A DNA stretch of 57,412 nucleotides, filler included, from Sphacelaria rigidula (Eukaryota): the NCBI GenBank assembly GCA_964200075.2. It is 7 parts of 7 records of this genome, joined end to end, with 100 filler letters (N's around TTAATTAATTAA, not from the genome) between each part and the next. Parts side by side here need not be neighbours in the genome. Positions count along the whole stretch, not along the records: positions 16,435 to 24,550 come from CAXNAA020012242.1; positions 24,651 to 32,766 come from CAXNAA020012243.1; positions 32,867 to 40,982 come from CAXNAA020012244.1; 4 more parts are not named here. One strand, written 5' to 3'. Each line of letters starts with the position of its first letter. Within the stretch, counting starts at the first letter, position 1. The position numbers were made by a program, and so were the translations under genes. Under the pieces are notes generated by a model that had not been told where the DNA came from, ran no database searches, and saw nothing but the letters and a program-made list of their open reading frames with translations. Shown here piece by piece: positions 21,499-35,779 of this stretch.

Positions 21499-24400
21499 CG
21501 TACTCATTTGTTGCTTGCCTTGGTCGTTCGGCCATTGACCACGCATCCCTTTCGATATGGAGCACTGTTCCTACTCCTAATAGAACCACCTTCAACATTC
21601 CGGTGCCCATCACGTTTATTCCATACATTACACAGAAACCTTTTACATATCTTATTTCCGTCCTGTCTCGCCGTTTGTGGCCACCATCTGTCTCCTAGCA
21701 TAGCCATCGTTTTCTCCCTACTGTCTGATGCATCAAACGATTTCATGCCACCTTCGTTCACGCCCCGCACTTCCCGCTCTAGCACGTCCCGTTCCTTCTA
21801 GTATAGTTCACATTTTGCCACTATATGACTTCTGCTCTCTATTACCCTGCCACAGAGGCAGTTCTGCCCATCTACTTCCTCCTCCTTTCGACTACTGGTA
21901 CATCTCTTTCTTCTTTCTGGCAGATCCAGGTCTCCCACCCGAAATCGCGAGTTCATATTTTTCGTAGCGTCCATTGGGCCATGCAAATGTGCTTTCATCC
22001 CGATCCCCTTTCTCAACCACCCGTATATCTCCACGTGTTGTTCCTCGACTACCTACCGTATGAGCGCTCCTTCTCCCCCTATTTTGATCATGTCTCTTAC
22101 TTTTGCCTTGTACCCCGCGTCTTCACCTACGGACAGTATTTCGTCTTGGTATCCTCCTATCTCCTTCCACACTTTCTCCACTTCTCCATCCCACCTTGTA
22201 GCACGCCCTTTCGTGCTTTTCTTCCATACAGCCCTACCGACTACATACAGCTGGCAATCTCCTTTTCCGCATGATCTTTACGCTATACTGTCATGGCACT
22301 TTCCCCGTGTCTCTGTTTTTAGTGAGTACATTCCCAACTCTGCTCTGAAAACCGTATTACGCGTCGTTTTCGAGCATCCAAGTATCTTCTCAGCTTCTGC
22401 CATCTGTACTGTTTCCAACCTCTCAACTAACTTCACGTTCCCCTCCCATACCTTTCCTGCATATTCTAGCTTTTGTACGATCACGTTCATCAGGATAAAT
22501 ATTTTGATCCTAGTGTCTAAGTGAGGGTCTCTGAGGATCACGTCCATCCTGTCTATCTGTGCCTTACCCTTTTTTTTTACTTTGTTCATGTGTGCATCCC
22601 AAGAACAGTGTTTTTAGATCTCCACGCCAAGGTATGCATACTGGTCTACGATCGGCAGTTCCTCTTGTTCCTCTTCTCCCCACTTCCAGTTGAACTCTGC
22701 CGGATTTGTCTTATCTTCGTTCCAGACGAGTACCGCGCATTTGTTGGCGTTCGCCGTCACTCTCCGTTTTCTAATGTGTTTTAGCGCCTTGTCTATCTGT
22801 GTCCGTGATCCTTCTGGTGTTTCTGAAATCCCCCACAAATCGTCCGCGAACATCAATCCTGATACCATCTCTTCACCCACCTTGACCCCTTGTTTTGCTG
22901 CTTCTATTGCTATTATCAAGTCATTGATGAATACCTTGAATAAAGTGGGTGATGACGTACATCCTTGTGCAACTCCTTGTAAAATATCAAAGTATTTCGA
23001 TATTTCCCCGTCTGGTGTCATGGCAATTTTGGCACATTCTGTCATTTTCACCATTCTCCACATAATTCCTCCGATCTCAGCTTTCCACAACTTTTTCCAC
23101 AAACCATTTCTCCATACTGTGTCATAAGCCTTTTGCAGATCAGAAAAGGAACAGTGCGTCGCCCGCCCGGTGTCTTCCTTACCCTGAATAATCTTACTAA
23201 GTGTGCACACATGGCCTACGCAACCACGGTTTGGTACAAATCCCGCTTGTGCCTCGCTGGCCATGTCTTCGTTTTCTAACATCGTTCGTACTCCATCGTC
23301 CAGAATCTTACAGACTGTTTTCCCTACTGTGCTCAGTAGCGTTATTCTTCTATAGTTTCCTGGGTCAGCCTTGTCTCCGTTTTTGGAACGCTTGACGACC
23401 ACTCCTTCTCTTCACCTCTTGGGTGTGTACTTGTTTCCCCAGATCCAGTTGTACAGCATGACCATCATCGTAATCATTCCCTCCCCCCCGTACTTACAAA
23501 ATTCATTCACTATTCCGTCTGCCCCTGCTGCCTTTCCGTTCTTGAGTTTTGCTATGCACTCCTTTACTTCATCTCTGGTAAACTCTCTCTGCAATTCTGT
23601 CGAGCCTTTATCCTCCCGTTTCGACGTCTCTACAGTTGCTTCTGCCCACGTGTTGATTTCTTTTTCAAATTCCTTGTCGAATTCCGTGGTTGTTTCTGGT
23701 ATTCCTCGTTTGCGGTAATGCTCGACTAGCACTCCTCTCTTTCCCTTCGAACTACTGAGAATTTTACCGTTCTGTGCCCGGAGTGTAGCTATCCCCTTAT
23801 CCATCTTTCCTGCCTGGTTCTCGTGATCCCTTTTATCCCTGCCCATATTTGTTTCATCCCGCCGTCGAAATCTTCATTTGTTTGCTCCACCACAATTTTC
23901 CATACTTCCTTTTTTTCTGCTGTACCATTTTTTTTACTGCTTTCCGAGCTTTGGTATACTCCTCCCATCCTACCGTACGTTCGCTCAATATCCAACTCGC
24001 GTGGGCCTCTTTCCTTACTCTGATAGCCTCTTTCACTTCCTCATCCCACCATTTCACTGCTCTGTTGCATACGATACGTTTCCTCCCTATGACTGTGCTC
24101 GTTGTGTCCTTGATCAGGTGCTCCTATCCTTCTACAATCTTCGCTCCTGCCCAATTTCTTTCCATTTCAGTATCAACTCTACCTACGCCTTCCAATAGCT
24201 CGGAATTTTTCACTGCATTTTTGGGCATCTCCTCTTGGAACTCTTGCAGTTTCTCTTCCATATCTAGGTTATCGATTCTCCATTTGTACATCTTCCTACC
24301 CCGCCTTTTTCTTTCAGCTCTCGCCTGTTGGATTTCTGTCCATAGTAGGCAGTGAGCTGTGGTTCCTACGTCCTCCGCGTATACATCTACTTCCATTTCT

Positions 24401-24550
24401 TCACTATTTCCATCCTCCATCACTATATAGTCAAGAACGGAGCGTCCTCTCTTTCCTTTGCATTGCCTCGTCCATGCCCATTACGCCTCTGGCTTGGGTA
24501 CTCTATCGTTCAGCGTCTTCATCCCGTTATGCTCAAGGAACTTCAGCATT
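21499..24550 (-). mobile_element. Decayed APE-type non-LTR retrotransposon (LINE) ORF2 plus 3' end
   Basis: APE end (SVLDYI...TAHCLLW), then KAAGADG, NYRRITLL, QAGF, DLQKAYD, GVAQG..SPTLF, FADD, YLGV and a C-terminal CLCG..H...C. Several stops and frameshifts; 5' end cut by the contig end. Confidence 0.95.
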
Positions 24551-24650
24551 NNNNNNNNNNNNNNNNNNNNNNNNNNNNNNNNNNNNNNNNNNNNTTAATT
24601 AATTAANNNNNNNNNNNNNNNNNNNNNNNNNNNNNNNNNNNNNNNNNNNN

Positions 24651-27600
24651 GATCCCGTGTCGTGGGGTGGATTTAATGGTGTTCCTCTGAAAACTAGTTC
24701 TCAGGTGCGCTTGAATATTCGCTTTGTTGAAGGTACGCGCAAGGGTCGGAACTCGAGCACGAGTGCTTGCTTCGCAGTCTATGCGCATATCGTGCCCGAT
24801 GGTACCATGTCTTTTGACTTACTGTTGGGACGTGATGGGTTGGCTCAATTTCCTGTGCGGTCATATCGGGATGTCAGTGAATCTAGAACGATCATGTCGC
24901 TTGAGGGGGCCTCGCAATCTCCAGGTCCCACTGCGTTTGACCGTTGGGTACAAAACGCGGTGGGTATGATTGAACGAGCGTCGGGATCAGGCGAGGAGGT
25001 TGTGGTGATTTTTGCGGGTGAGTCCAATCAGGTGGTGACGCACGAGTTGACGTGGGTTCCCGTCACACTGCAGTCGCCCAGCGGGGCTCCGGCTCCGCAG
25101 GGTTCGTATTATGTGAGCTTCGAGCAGGGTTGGTCCCCCTCCGAAATGGTGGTGGATGCCGGTGAATCAGTTATTCCTTTGNNNNNNNNNNCCAGACTGG
25201 CAACTCCGGTGCTCCCTGGTGTGTTTGTGGTTGAAACGGAGGTATCTGCTCCTCCAGACGAGATGTATGGAGACTTGGGTGTGGACAAACGCGTGGCTTT
25301 TCGGCGTATGTGGGATCGCCTCCCTGGGCATTTGCGGAGTATAACTTTCGGGTTGGAGGACAAATACTGGCAGGTAGAGGATATCGACAAATTGGCGGAT
25401 GTATTGTGCAAGTTCTCGCATCGGTTTTCGGTTGACAAGATGGATTTAGGGTATTGCACGGTGGACCCGTTCAAAATTGAACTGAAACCCGGGTCTACTC
25501 CTATTAAGCAGCGCCCGTACCGTCACAATCCTGCCCTGCAGCAGAAGGTGCAAGTGGAAATTGACAGACTCTTGGCTGGTGGCTTGTTGCGGCGCTCTTA
25601 TTCCAATTGGAGCTCCCCGCTGGTGGTGGTAAACAAGAAAGATGGGGGGATTCGTTTGACGTGCAACTATCGGAAACTCAACGAAGCCACCGTCATCCCT
25701 GTTTTGCCCATCCCCACCATCGATCAACTTTTGGATGAACTGGGCGGCGCGAAAGTGTTTACGTGTTTAGATATTCTATCGGGTTATTTTAACATCTCGA
25801 TCCATCCAGACACCATCCCCCTCACCGCCGTGTGTACGCAGTCGGGTCTGTATGAATGGCTAGTTATGCCGATGGGGTGCAGCGGTAGCCCGGGTTGGTT
25901 CCAATCTATCATGGCGAGGGTGTGTGAAGGGCTGGAACGGTGCCGCCTTTATATTGACGATATCTGTACGTTCAGCGTAAATGGGGCTGAACATGTGAAC
26001 GACTTGGGCGCTTTTCTGGAACGACTGACAAAATTTAATTTGAAACTGGCGCCAAAGAAAGCGCACGTGGGGGCGCGTGAGACGCAATTCTTGGGTCATC
26101 GCATCTCGGCCGACGGCATCGCGCCCGACCCTAAGAAAGTGGACGCGCTGCGATTAATGCCTATGCCGACCAATGTCAGTGAGCTGCGTTCGCTCTTGGG
26201 GGGGTTAAGTTATTATCGGAAGTTTATTCCCAAGATGGCCGCCCGTACCAAAGCCATTAATGGATTGTTGAAAAAAGGGGTGGAGTTCAGGTTCACGCCA
26301 GAGCACGAGGTTATCGTTCGCGAAATTCTGGACGATTTGTGTAGCTCTAGGGTTCTGGCTTTTCCAGACTATGAGGATGCGGCGTCTGGTGGCCGTCCTT
26401 TTATGTTGGTTACGGATGCCAGCAAGGAGGGGCTGGGGGCTGTGGTGGAACAGCGCCAACTCGACGGTACGGTGCGACCTTTATGCTTTTTCAGGCGGAG
26501 CACGTTGCCAAACGAACGAAACTGGACGGCCACTGAGGTGGAAGCGGATGCGATCGTGTGGGCGGTGAAGAAAAATCGTCCGCTGTTTTATGGGGTGCCG
26601 GAAGATGTTAGTGGGCAATTCAAAATCACCGACTCTGCCGATGTAGATGTATACTTTATTGGGGCAAGTGGTATCCTGCCTCGTGACTTCGAACGGCACC
26701 ATGGTTCTGGTTTGGATGGGCTCCCCGGTGGGTCAGGCGCGCCCCAGGGTTCCAGTGTGGATGGGCTTCCTCCTCATGGTGTAGTTCGAGTGGGGGGGAG
26801 AGAACACTGGGATATGCCGTGGACACTTTCAGAAGTAGCGGACGACGAGTGGGATCAAATTCAAAATAATCTCAGGAAAAAACGGTTGATGACAGTCTGG
26901 AAGGGTCCAGAAGTGGTAAGCGATGACTCGCGACTTCTCCCGAGCGTGACGAATGTGGTGTGTGGGCAGTGGCAACCGGGATTGTGCTTACATGCTTGCC
27001 CGGTTACTGAAGTGGGAAAATATGTGCTACACAAGACGGCGGGTCCGGACGTTTTGGTAATCACGGATGGTGAGGCTGGGCCAGCAGAAGAGGACGGTTC
27101 GGGTACTCCCGCGCACACTTTAGAGGCGGCGGAGGAATGTAATTTTGGTGAGTGGTTGTGCGCCAAGTCAGCGGGTGACTGGGTGCACATCCAAGAGACT
27201 GATCTGACCGCTCGTACGACTACTATGCACCTCTCACAGGGGACAATGTTACTTTCGAAGGAAGAAGAAAAGTCCGTGGATAGTGGTATCGATGTGAAAG
27301 AACTGAGGGCTTTGCTGAAACAAGGAGAACTCTTTGAGCTAGCGGACGGTAGCAAATTGTTGGTGAAAAGGTTGGCTCCTGCGCCTTTGGATTCAGATGA
27401 CCGTAACCCGGGGGTATTTGAGCGATACCTGGGGGACGAACCTGTGCGAACGTATGTCCCGTTGATGCTGAGGCTCTGGGTAATGGACCAGACGCACAAA
27501 GAGGCGGTGCACCTTGGTGAAAAAGTTACCCTCTCTTTGTTGCGAAGGTTTTACTGGTGGATCGGTATGAAGGAGAGTGTGAAATTCTGGATTCGGCGCT

Positions 27601-29112
27601 GCTATTCTTGCCAAGCCAAGAAATCGGGTCGTTATACGGTGCCTTGGCCTCTACTCTCGCTACCACTACCCAGTCGGCCGGGGCAAATGGTAGCGTTTGA
27701 TTTTCTAGGCCCGTTGCCGAAAACAAAGCGGGGCAATAGACACATCTTCCTCATGGTGGATCTGTTTAGTAGGCACGCGGAAGCGTACGCGATTACCGCT
27801 GAAGAGCACTTGGCTACGGGGTGTGCTGCAATCATTGTGGGAGATTATGTACCACGATGGGGTTGCCCGCACACATTCTTGTCGGATCGGGGATCGGAGT
27901 TCACTTCCGCTGTGTGTAAATCGGTCTATGAAATGATGGGGGCGGTAAAGCGGTTCACGAGTTCGTATCACCCTCAGACGAATGGGATGGTGGAGCGGTT
28001 GATCCACACTTTGTGTCAAATGCTGTCTTATTTGGTGGTGGACGATCAGAGCAACTGGGATGAAACCCTGATGCATGCGGTTTCAGCTCATAACAGTAAC
28101 ATCAGCAGGGGTACTGGGTTGTCTCCAAACGAGGTACATATTGGACGCTACCCGCGCATGCCCATGACCATCCTAGAAGGTAGGGGGTGCGGGGGCACCA
28201 AGGTTTGAAGGACGACCAGTTGGACCATCTCCAGCTGATGAGAGACCGGCAGGTAAAAGCGTACGAGTTGGTGAGGCAAGAGGACTTTTTCATTAAAGCG
28301 AAACATGAAGCCAAGAACCAGGATATGGAGGAAATGGCCAACCGCCGGCCCAAATGGGAAGCGGGGCAGTGGGTGTTTGTGTACGATGATAAGAGCACCA
28401 TCGCCGCGGGAGGTAAGGCCGTGCAGGTGACGGCGACTTCAGCCCGGACGTCTATGGCTCTGTCAGCGAAGGTGACTCAGTGTTGGACGGGGCCTTCCAA
28501 AATTTTATTGGTGGGACCGGGGACAAGCTCGGAGGGTGAACAGGTGGGGGAAAAGTAGTTGTTGCTGGAGCTTCGCCGAAACGAACCAGGGGTCAACATG
28601 AACCCCAGGGTGTCGGTGGCAAGGTGTCAGCGGTGCTATAACCCTCATGAAGGGCCGGACAAGCCGAGATTTTTGCCTTGGGGTTTGAGTCAGTATGTGC
28701 TGAATAAATATTCCAAACTGTCACCTCCTCTGCATTCAACAACGGAGGATGTGACGAGGGAGTTGGATACGCATCGAATACTCCCTGAAAAACTGGTAAA
28801 ACACAGGGTGTCGCGGGGTGTGGGTGGTAAGTTGGTGGTGCAATACCTCACGCGTTGGGGTGGCTTGGATGTTCCTCGGTGGGAGCATGAAGCCGACCTT
28901 GAGCAGTACGGTCGGGTGGTAATTCTGAAACATTGGTTAGGGCAACCAATGCAGGTGCAAGGTGACAACGCGCAGCATCGTAAATACCGCATCCATTTGT
29001 CGAGGCATATAACGGCGCATGAGCGTGGTGGGTATTACCTTGCGCCAGGGTATAAAGTGTCGGGGCGCCGAAAAGATGGGCCGGACGTGTATGATCCTGA
29101 CATTGTTGGTTC
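24651..29112 (+). mobile_element. Ty3/Gypsy LTR retrotransposon pol (protease-RT-RNaseH-integrase-chromodomain), defective
   Basis: DLLLGRD, WSSP, NYRKLN, MPMG, YIDD, FLGH, TDAS, H..VH...CYSC, FDFLGP, SDRGSEF, YHPQTNGMVER, then chromo-like VQYLTRWGG...WE. Frameshift near 28190 and a stop at 28556-28558. Confidence 0.96.
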
Positions 29113-30594
29113 TGTTACAGCGGATATCGACTGTATGTGTAGTAGGCGTTTTGCAGTACGCGTGGCAAGTGCAGTAGGTCTTATTCCATTCGCATGTTGG
29201 TGTTGTATTCCAATCGGGCGTGCTTGACCGGAGTCCACCGCCCACACGACTTCCATCACCCAGCAACTCTCGTTTAGCTACCTAGCTAAGACTAATTAAT
29301 AACAGAGCTATCAGCCACCACTTGGAGGCATCTCGCTTACAAGTAAGTCAAGAGCACCTCTTCTGCACGTGAAAGTGAGTCCCTGCTTGGCCTTGCGGTG
29401 CAGTGCTTATCGGACTCAATGGTCTGTTACTCACGAGCTCAAGGGTCGATCCTCTCGACTGCGATTGTTCAATGTGGCTAGCCGCTGACCTCGTGTCACC
29501 CCGGGCCGAGCGTGTTCTTTGAGAGTGACGCCAGTATCACATCATGATCAGACCACGATATGGTGACCAATCGAGAATGTAAGCAGTACTGCATAGTCGC
29601 ATCGCTGTAGAGCTGCACTGTTTCGCGTTGTGTTTGCATACGGTGTACAGTAGTGCATCAATCGTGCTTTCTGTTCAGCTTTCTGTTCAGCGTGGGGTCT
29701 TCTGAGCAACGATCACGTGTTTAGGTGCCAGAATCTTACATGCCTGTTGGTTACTCGAAGAGACCATCAGCTGGGCAGAACGGAGCTGGGACACCTGGCT
29801 GCAGCGTATGCTTGCCACCTTCCGTGCTGACACGACAGCACAGGTACGTCCTGTGATTCATCATTTCACGTGCGCCTGCTTCCGGGTACGAGGACTGTTT
29901 TTTTGAAAATTTGAAAATTCAAAATTCAAAAAGTGCAGGTCGGAATCTTACAGTACCGCACGTTGGATCAGTGTGTCCCATACAGTACCCACAGCGGGCA
30001 CGCTGTGCACGAAGTGCTCCGTAGGCACGAGGTAAGTGCTGTTCCACTCCTGGAGAGTGAAGTGTCCCGAGACTGAAACCGGCGAACATGCGTGCGCAAA
30101 GTACACATGGGCGGCGGTTGTTGGGGCTGTGCACCCTGGAGGGATTGCGAGACGGTAATCCACATTCATCATTCAGGTGTGTACTGTGACAAAAGACAGC
30201 TCCTGTTAGATCTGGTGCCCAGGTACCTACCATGTTGGCCAGGTACGTGTTAGCATGGTGTTTGCACCATATTGGGCAGGTACGTGATGCATGGTGTTTG
30301 CACTGTACTTTGTGCTGTGGCAGCGTGTTTGCACTGTGCAACTTCGTACCTAACAGGACTACTCGAGCAGTTGTGCGATCATTCTATGTGAGTCCGAATG
30401 AATTTCCGACCAACATACGGGGCTTCTATGCTGGAGTCATCCTGGCGGCAAAACATGTTCAACGCCCGGCAAATGACGAATGGCCCCTAAAATGATTGAT
30501 TGATGTGCGGCAGTGTGAAAAGTCATTGCGCGGGTCAAGTCGTAGAATTCGCTTCCGCTCCACGCCACAACGTGTCGCCACTGCATTGTCATTG

Positions 30595-30712
30595 TGTCGC
30601 CACTACATGGGACCATCACTACACTACCTGGGACCATGTCTGCTCTACATGGGGCCATCACTACACTACCTGGGACCATCACTATACTTCAGAAGACCGT
30701 CACTACATGGGT
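30595..30712. repeat. 21-bp minisatellite (CACTACMTGGGACCATCACTA), about 5 units
   Basis: Units read directly in the sequence. Confidence 0.8.
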
Positions 30713-31499
30713 TCCTTCACGCCGGGAAATCGGGGGCAACCAGTGCCGTTGATCGGCAGCAGTAGACACGCCGATTGTAAAAGTTATTGTATGCGTGGCT
30801 CACGCCTTGACCATTTTATTTTGTTCACCCTGCTTCTACTGTAGCGTTGCGTTTGACTCTTCCCTTAACAATTGACCCATATTTTATTCTATTTTGTTTC
30901 ATTCGATTCTCTTCTATTTTTATCTACTTTTACGTCTCTATTTATTTTTGAAGTTTCGGAATTGCATACGAACATCGGCAGAGCGCGCACTGATACTACC
31001 CCCCCCATCCGCCCCTGCCGCTTTTGCTGTTCGATTTTGCCCGCTCCTGTCGCCCTGAACGTGCCTGCGTGATGCCGCGAGTCATCCCACGGTCGTTGGT
31101 ATCGCATCATACCACGTTTATATCCTTTCCCGCTGGTATTTTTTGTTGTTGAATTTTTTCTCTGTCGCTATCAACCGTGTTATACTAGTGATCCCTTTCC
31201 CTCATCGTCTGCATTTAGCAGTCATAGCCCACGGTGCACTATTATTGTCATTTTCTCCTTTCACCGACTCAATCATTATTTTCTTCCCCTTTTCGCCCCC
31301 CTATCTGCCGTACGTTACCTCTTGATTTTCCGCCGTTTGTCTCCTCTCTTGCTACAATTTCAGTTATATTCTCTACTCCCCGTGGCAATTTTACTCTGCA
31401 GCCATCTTCGCCGTGTGTTTTTGCTACCTTCATGTTGCAAGCGTACAGCCCCGCACATCCATGGTGTTTTTTTTGCAAATGTTTTGCTAGAGCCATTGC

Positions 31500-32045
31500 C
31501 TGACGCACGAAAGTACACCCCGGGTACATTTGTCTTGAGAAACCTGCGATGGCAAACTCCAGGGACGACCACTAAGCGCAACGAAAGCCAACTTGGGATA
31601 ACGGGTGAGATAGGGCATCGACAGCGCCTCCATCAATCGCAGCCAATGGCGGTTTGCTAGACATCTAAGAAGATGGTGTAACCTTATATCGGGAAGGTTG
31701 TAGCGTAAGGTTAACGGGTGGGTGAATCGGAGAAACGGGGGCTGGTGGGCGTCCTGCTGGGCTCTGGACACTGGGCTGTTCTCCACGGATCCGAAGCAAG
31801 TTCTGGTCATCAACAACGGTGAGCTACAAGTACCCCCTTGAGTACTGTACTCCATTCGCAGCAAATCAACGCCACCTTTTTTGTCGAGTAAAGTCACGTA
31901 GCTCTCCACGTGGTGGACCCGAGACCGCCCGAACAGCACCGATCAAGGTTCCGTAACCGGTGTGAGTACTGGTCATTCCGCACAGTTAGCGAAGGAACGA
32001 AGATAGTCGAAGTGCTCTGCGCAGGGGGGGGACACGCCTACCTCA
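31500..32045 (-). mobile_element. Possible relic of an RLE-type (CRE/R2-like) non-LTR element C-terminus
   Basis: Frameshifted succession CPPC..FD....NC..TH, HHVE, DLLRME..GG resembles a CCHC knuckle followed by a PD-(D/E)xK nuclease entry motif. Highly degenerate. Confidence 0.4.
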
Positions 32046-32171
32046 TCCGACAGACCTCGAACTAGGCACGGTGGCGAATGATCGTGCTCTGTACACCCTG
32101 ATCAACGCATCCAGTTTGATCGCCAGCAAGGAGACCCTTTGGGAGAACAGGTGCAATCGAATCTGAGGGGG

Positions 32172-32766
32172 GGCGTACTCACTTGTTGCTTGCCTTGGTC
32201 GTTTGACCATTGACCACGCATCCCTTTCGAGACGGAGCACCGCTCCTACTCGTCATAGATACACGTTCAACATTCCGGAGCGCATTACGCTTCTACCATA
32301 GCTCATTACGTTTATCCCATACTCTGCGCAAAACCATTTTACGTAGCTAATACATCAGACGATTCCATGCCTCCTTCGTTCACGTCCCGTATTTCTCCCT
32401 CTAGCACGTGTTGCTCCTTCTTGTACAGTTCAGTTCACATTGCGCCACTTTATGACTTCTGCTCTCGGCTGCTTTGCCACAGAGGTAATTTGTCCATCAA
32501 CTTCCTCTTTCCGATTACTGGTATACTTTTTTTTTTACTGTTCCCCCTTTTCTCAGAGCGTGTTTCAGTTTTGTTTCTCGTGGGTACGTCTATCATGAGA
32601 CCACGGCTGGACCCCTGGGGGGTCAGTTGAAGTGCGGCAATCAACCAATCAATCAATCAATCTTTCCGGCAGGTCCGTGCATCCAAATATCTGTTTTCTA
32701 GCTTGCGTCACCAATTTCACGTCCCACGTCCATACGTCTCCTGCATATTCCAGCTGAGGTACGATC
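32172..32766 (-). mobile_element. Second fragment of the same LINE 3' region, interrupted by a (CAAT)n-tailed element at ~32520-32662
   Basis: 32172-32520 matches ~21499-21900, and 32680-32766 matches ~22380-22480. Confidence 0.85.
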
Positions 32767-34106
32767 NNNNNNNNNNNNNNNNNNNNNNNNNNNNNNNNNN
32801 NNNNNNNNNNTTAATTAATTAANNNNNNNNNNNNNNNNNNNNNNNNNNNNNNNNNNNNNNNNNNNNGGCCGAAGCCTTCTGATTATCTTGCATTTGGATG
32901 ACAGTCTACAATGAGTTGCTTTATTTTGTGGTATCGCCACTTCCTGAGACAGCCACGGCTTAGGCACTGCCTCATTAGTGTCTCACCGCAAAAATATTAC
33001 TTACTATGGTTATCCCTATTGCGCGAAACTGGGGTTCTTCCACGCCGCACAACATGATCTAGCTCGACTACCATCATGGTTACCGCAAAAAAGACGCAAA
33101 CGCGCAAAAAAACGGTAAACTGGTTGCCTAGCTTACGCAGTGATTGGCGTGTTTTAGAGTGTCTTGGCTACCCGATGCCAACCCCATATAGGGGGTCCGC
33201 CCCTACAAAGCCGGAACGGAGCACGCCGGGTTTTCGCTGGACTACGGTGGAGTGGGGGAGGGGGGGGGGGGGGGGGTCAGGCGCAGAGCACCATAGGATA
33301 CGATCTATAAGGTCTGTATCTCGTATACAATTCTTACTCCTACACCACACACCACCATCGAATGATACGTTTTCAGCAGTCTTTTGCACCATACAGGCAC
33401 CGACGGGTTCTCTTACTGTCGTCACATTTTCAACCCCTCCCGTTCCTCGGGACGAAGTCCGTGGTCTTGAGGTATCAACCCACCTCTCCCCCGATAAACG
33501 CCTTAGACTTTCGGTTTCGCAGACCGGATCAGCACTGCCGCACAGCGTCGGCTCTCGTCGCATGAACTCTGTCGCATGAACTCTGTTCGCTGCTCATACC
33601 CCGACGTTTTCGACCATGGACCATCATATAACTCTCAGGAAAGGCCGTAAGTGAATTTACCGGGGGTTTCCGAGGGCGTATTCTTCCTCCCAAACGGGCT
33701 ACAATTGTACCTATTTCATTTAGACCACCAGGACAAGGCGGCAAGTACTGTAACGGGTGTACGTTGTTCACCACCCTCTGAAAGACAACCCCCGTTCGAT
33801 CACCTTTCGGACCCAATACAAGCGCGTTTGTGTTGTATGCCCCGATAAATACAGTAGTGATAATGACCAGTGCCACACACATGTGTATCACGTGTACCGT
33901 TGTACGCCACGGAGTCAATCACAGGATTCATCGCTTCGACATACACAACATTTCGAACACTACAGCACGGAACCCCCGAAAAGTCGATCCGAGGCCACAA
34001 ACTCGAACGAATGATAGCGTGAATGCAAAAACAGAACGCTTTCTTGGAAAAGTCCCGGCTTGAGACATCAAAACCATTGAATAAAGCAAAGGAAAAGCAA
34101 AGACTA

Positions 34107-34424
<318 letters not shown>

Positions 34425-35664
34425 CTATTCCCACGTGAACACTAGGGTGTAGCACCAGGCTACCCTCAAGCACATCTTCAACGTTCGGCCTTTCTCCTGA
34501 CACGAGATTTCAATAAAAACCGTTCGGCATTGCACATGCATGGTAGACAGACAGTGTTCACCGCAAAACTCTGGTTCTCGATATACTCCTGCCCTTAGCT
34601 CGACTGGCAAGAGCAAATACGTCGATCATTCAAAATAAAACGATTGACAGCCCTAAAAAACACAAAAAAGCAAAAAGACACATCGAAAATGACAATCGGG
34701 CAGCAAACGCGTGTTGCCTGATATGATGATGAAAGTCTTCCTCGCACTTGAGCTGGATATCCCAAGAAAAACGGCAAGCGGAAGTTGTGCGGGTCTCGAG
34801 GAAGAAACGAAAAGGCAGGCCCCCGTCGCTCTTTTTCCGGTGGGGAGGCCGTGCAAAACCAAAACCGAAATAACACACGTGCAAGGCCCTGGAAGCATGA
34901 TCATGCATAAATTCCAAGCCGCTACACATCCGCGGCGACCTACACGGACTCATAATGACTACTTGATAGTCGATGGACGCCATCTCGAACACCAGTTCCT
35001 CTGGCTGTCCTGTGCGTGTTACTATACAGTACTCCTGCCCCACATCACAGCAGGGGGGTAGGATGCAAGGGCATCTCGAGTGGGGTATACCCGATTTTGT
35101 GATATTTCGAGAAGTGGAGATCCGATCCATGCCCGCATCAGCAGCCAGCCCAGTGCTGTTGTTCCCCTCTCTAAAGTCCGCAGAAGCTATTCGTGATTTT
35201 CTCAGCCAGGTGATGTGCGACATTTTCACGAATTTACCTTGCCGGGCACGCCTTTGGCAGGACGTGATTGCTTCCACGAAAAAAGGGGCTCACAGGTGTT
35301 TCAGACGACCTAACACACTCGCGGTACACTTATATTAGGTAAAAACGGAGCCAATCGGTATTAATGAGCGTCATCTAATCGGTAACAAGCGCTCTTGAAC
35401 GACCGTTGCTGCTTTCAACGAAGATTTGAAGTGAAACTTGGTGGAAGAAATGGACCAAAACACACCCCCTCCCCTATCGCAGCATGACCCATTCGAGGGT
35501 TCAAGGTGGCAATGTCTTTCCGGGCGACACATATATATATATATCCAATATATATATATCCAATATTTTGAAGGACTCCCATTTCATGCTATATCAGCCT
35601 CATCGCCCATGGTAGTCATGCGCTAGGCAACCCACGACATCGAAAGTCCCGGAGGGATCCTCAC

Positions 35665-35779
35665 CCGTCATGTGCTTCTCCGCGCCAGCCACTCCGGTGA
35701 AAGCCCCCGTGGATTCGACCACGTATTCAGCGCCGGAGTCACCCCATTTGATGTTGGACGGGTCCATTTCGCCGTGCAC
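35665..35779 (-). CDS. GAPDH: GAPDH exon
   Basis: cag|VHGEMDPSNIKWGDSGAEYVVESTGAFTGVAGAEKHMT-G|gtgagg. Confidence 0.96.

Noticed and set aside
33529-33918. Possible next GAPDH exon (TTVH, VVNN words)
   Set aside because: The words are in the wrong order and the FGIxEGLMTTVH context is absent; chance matches.
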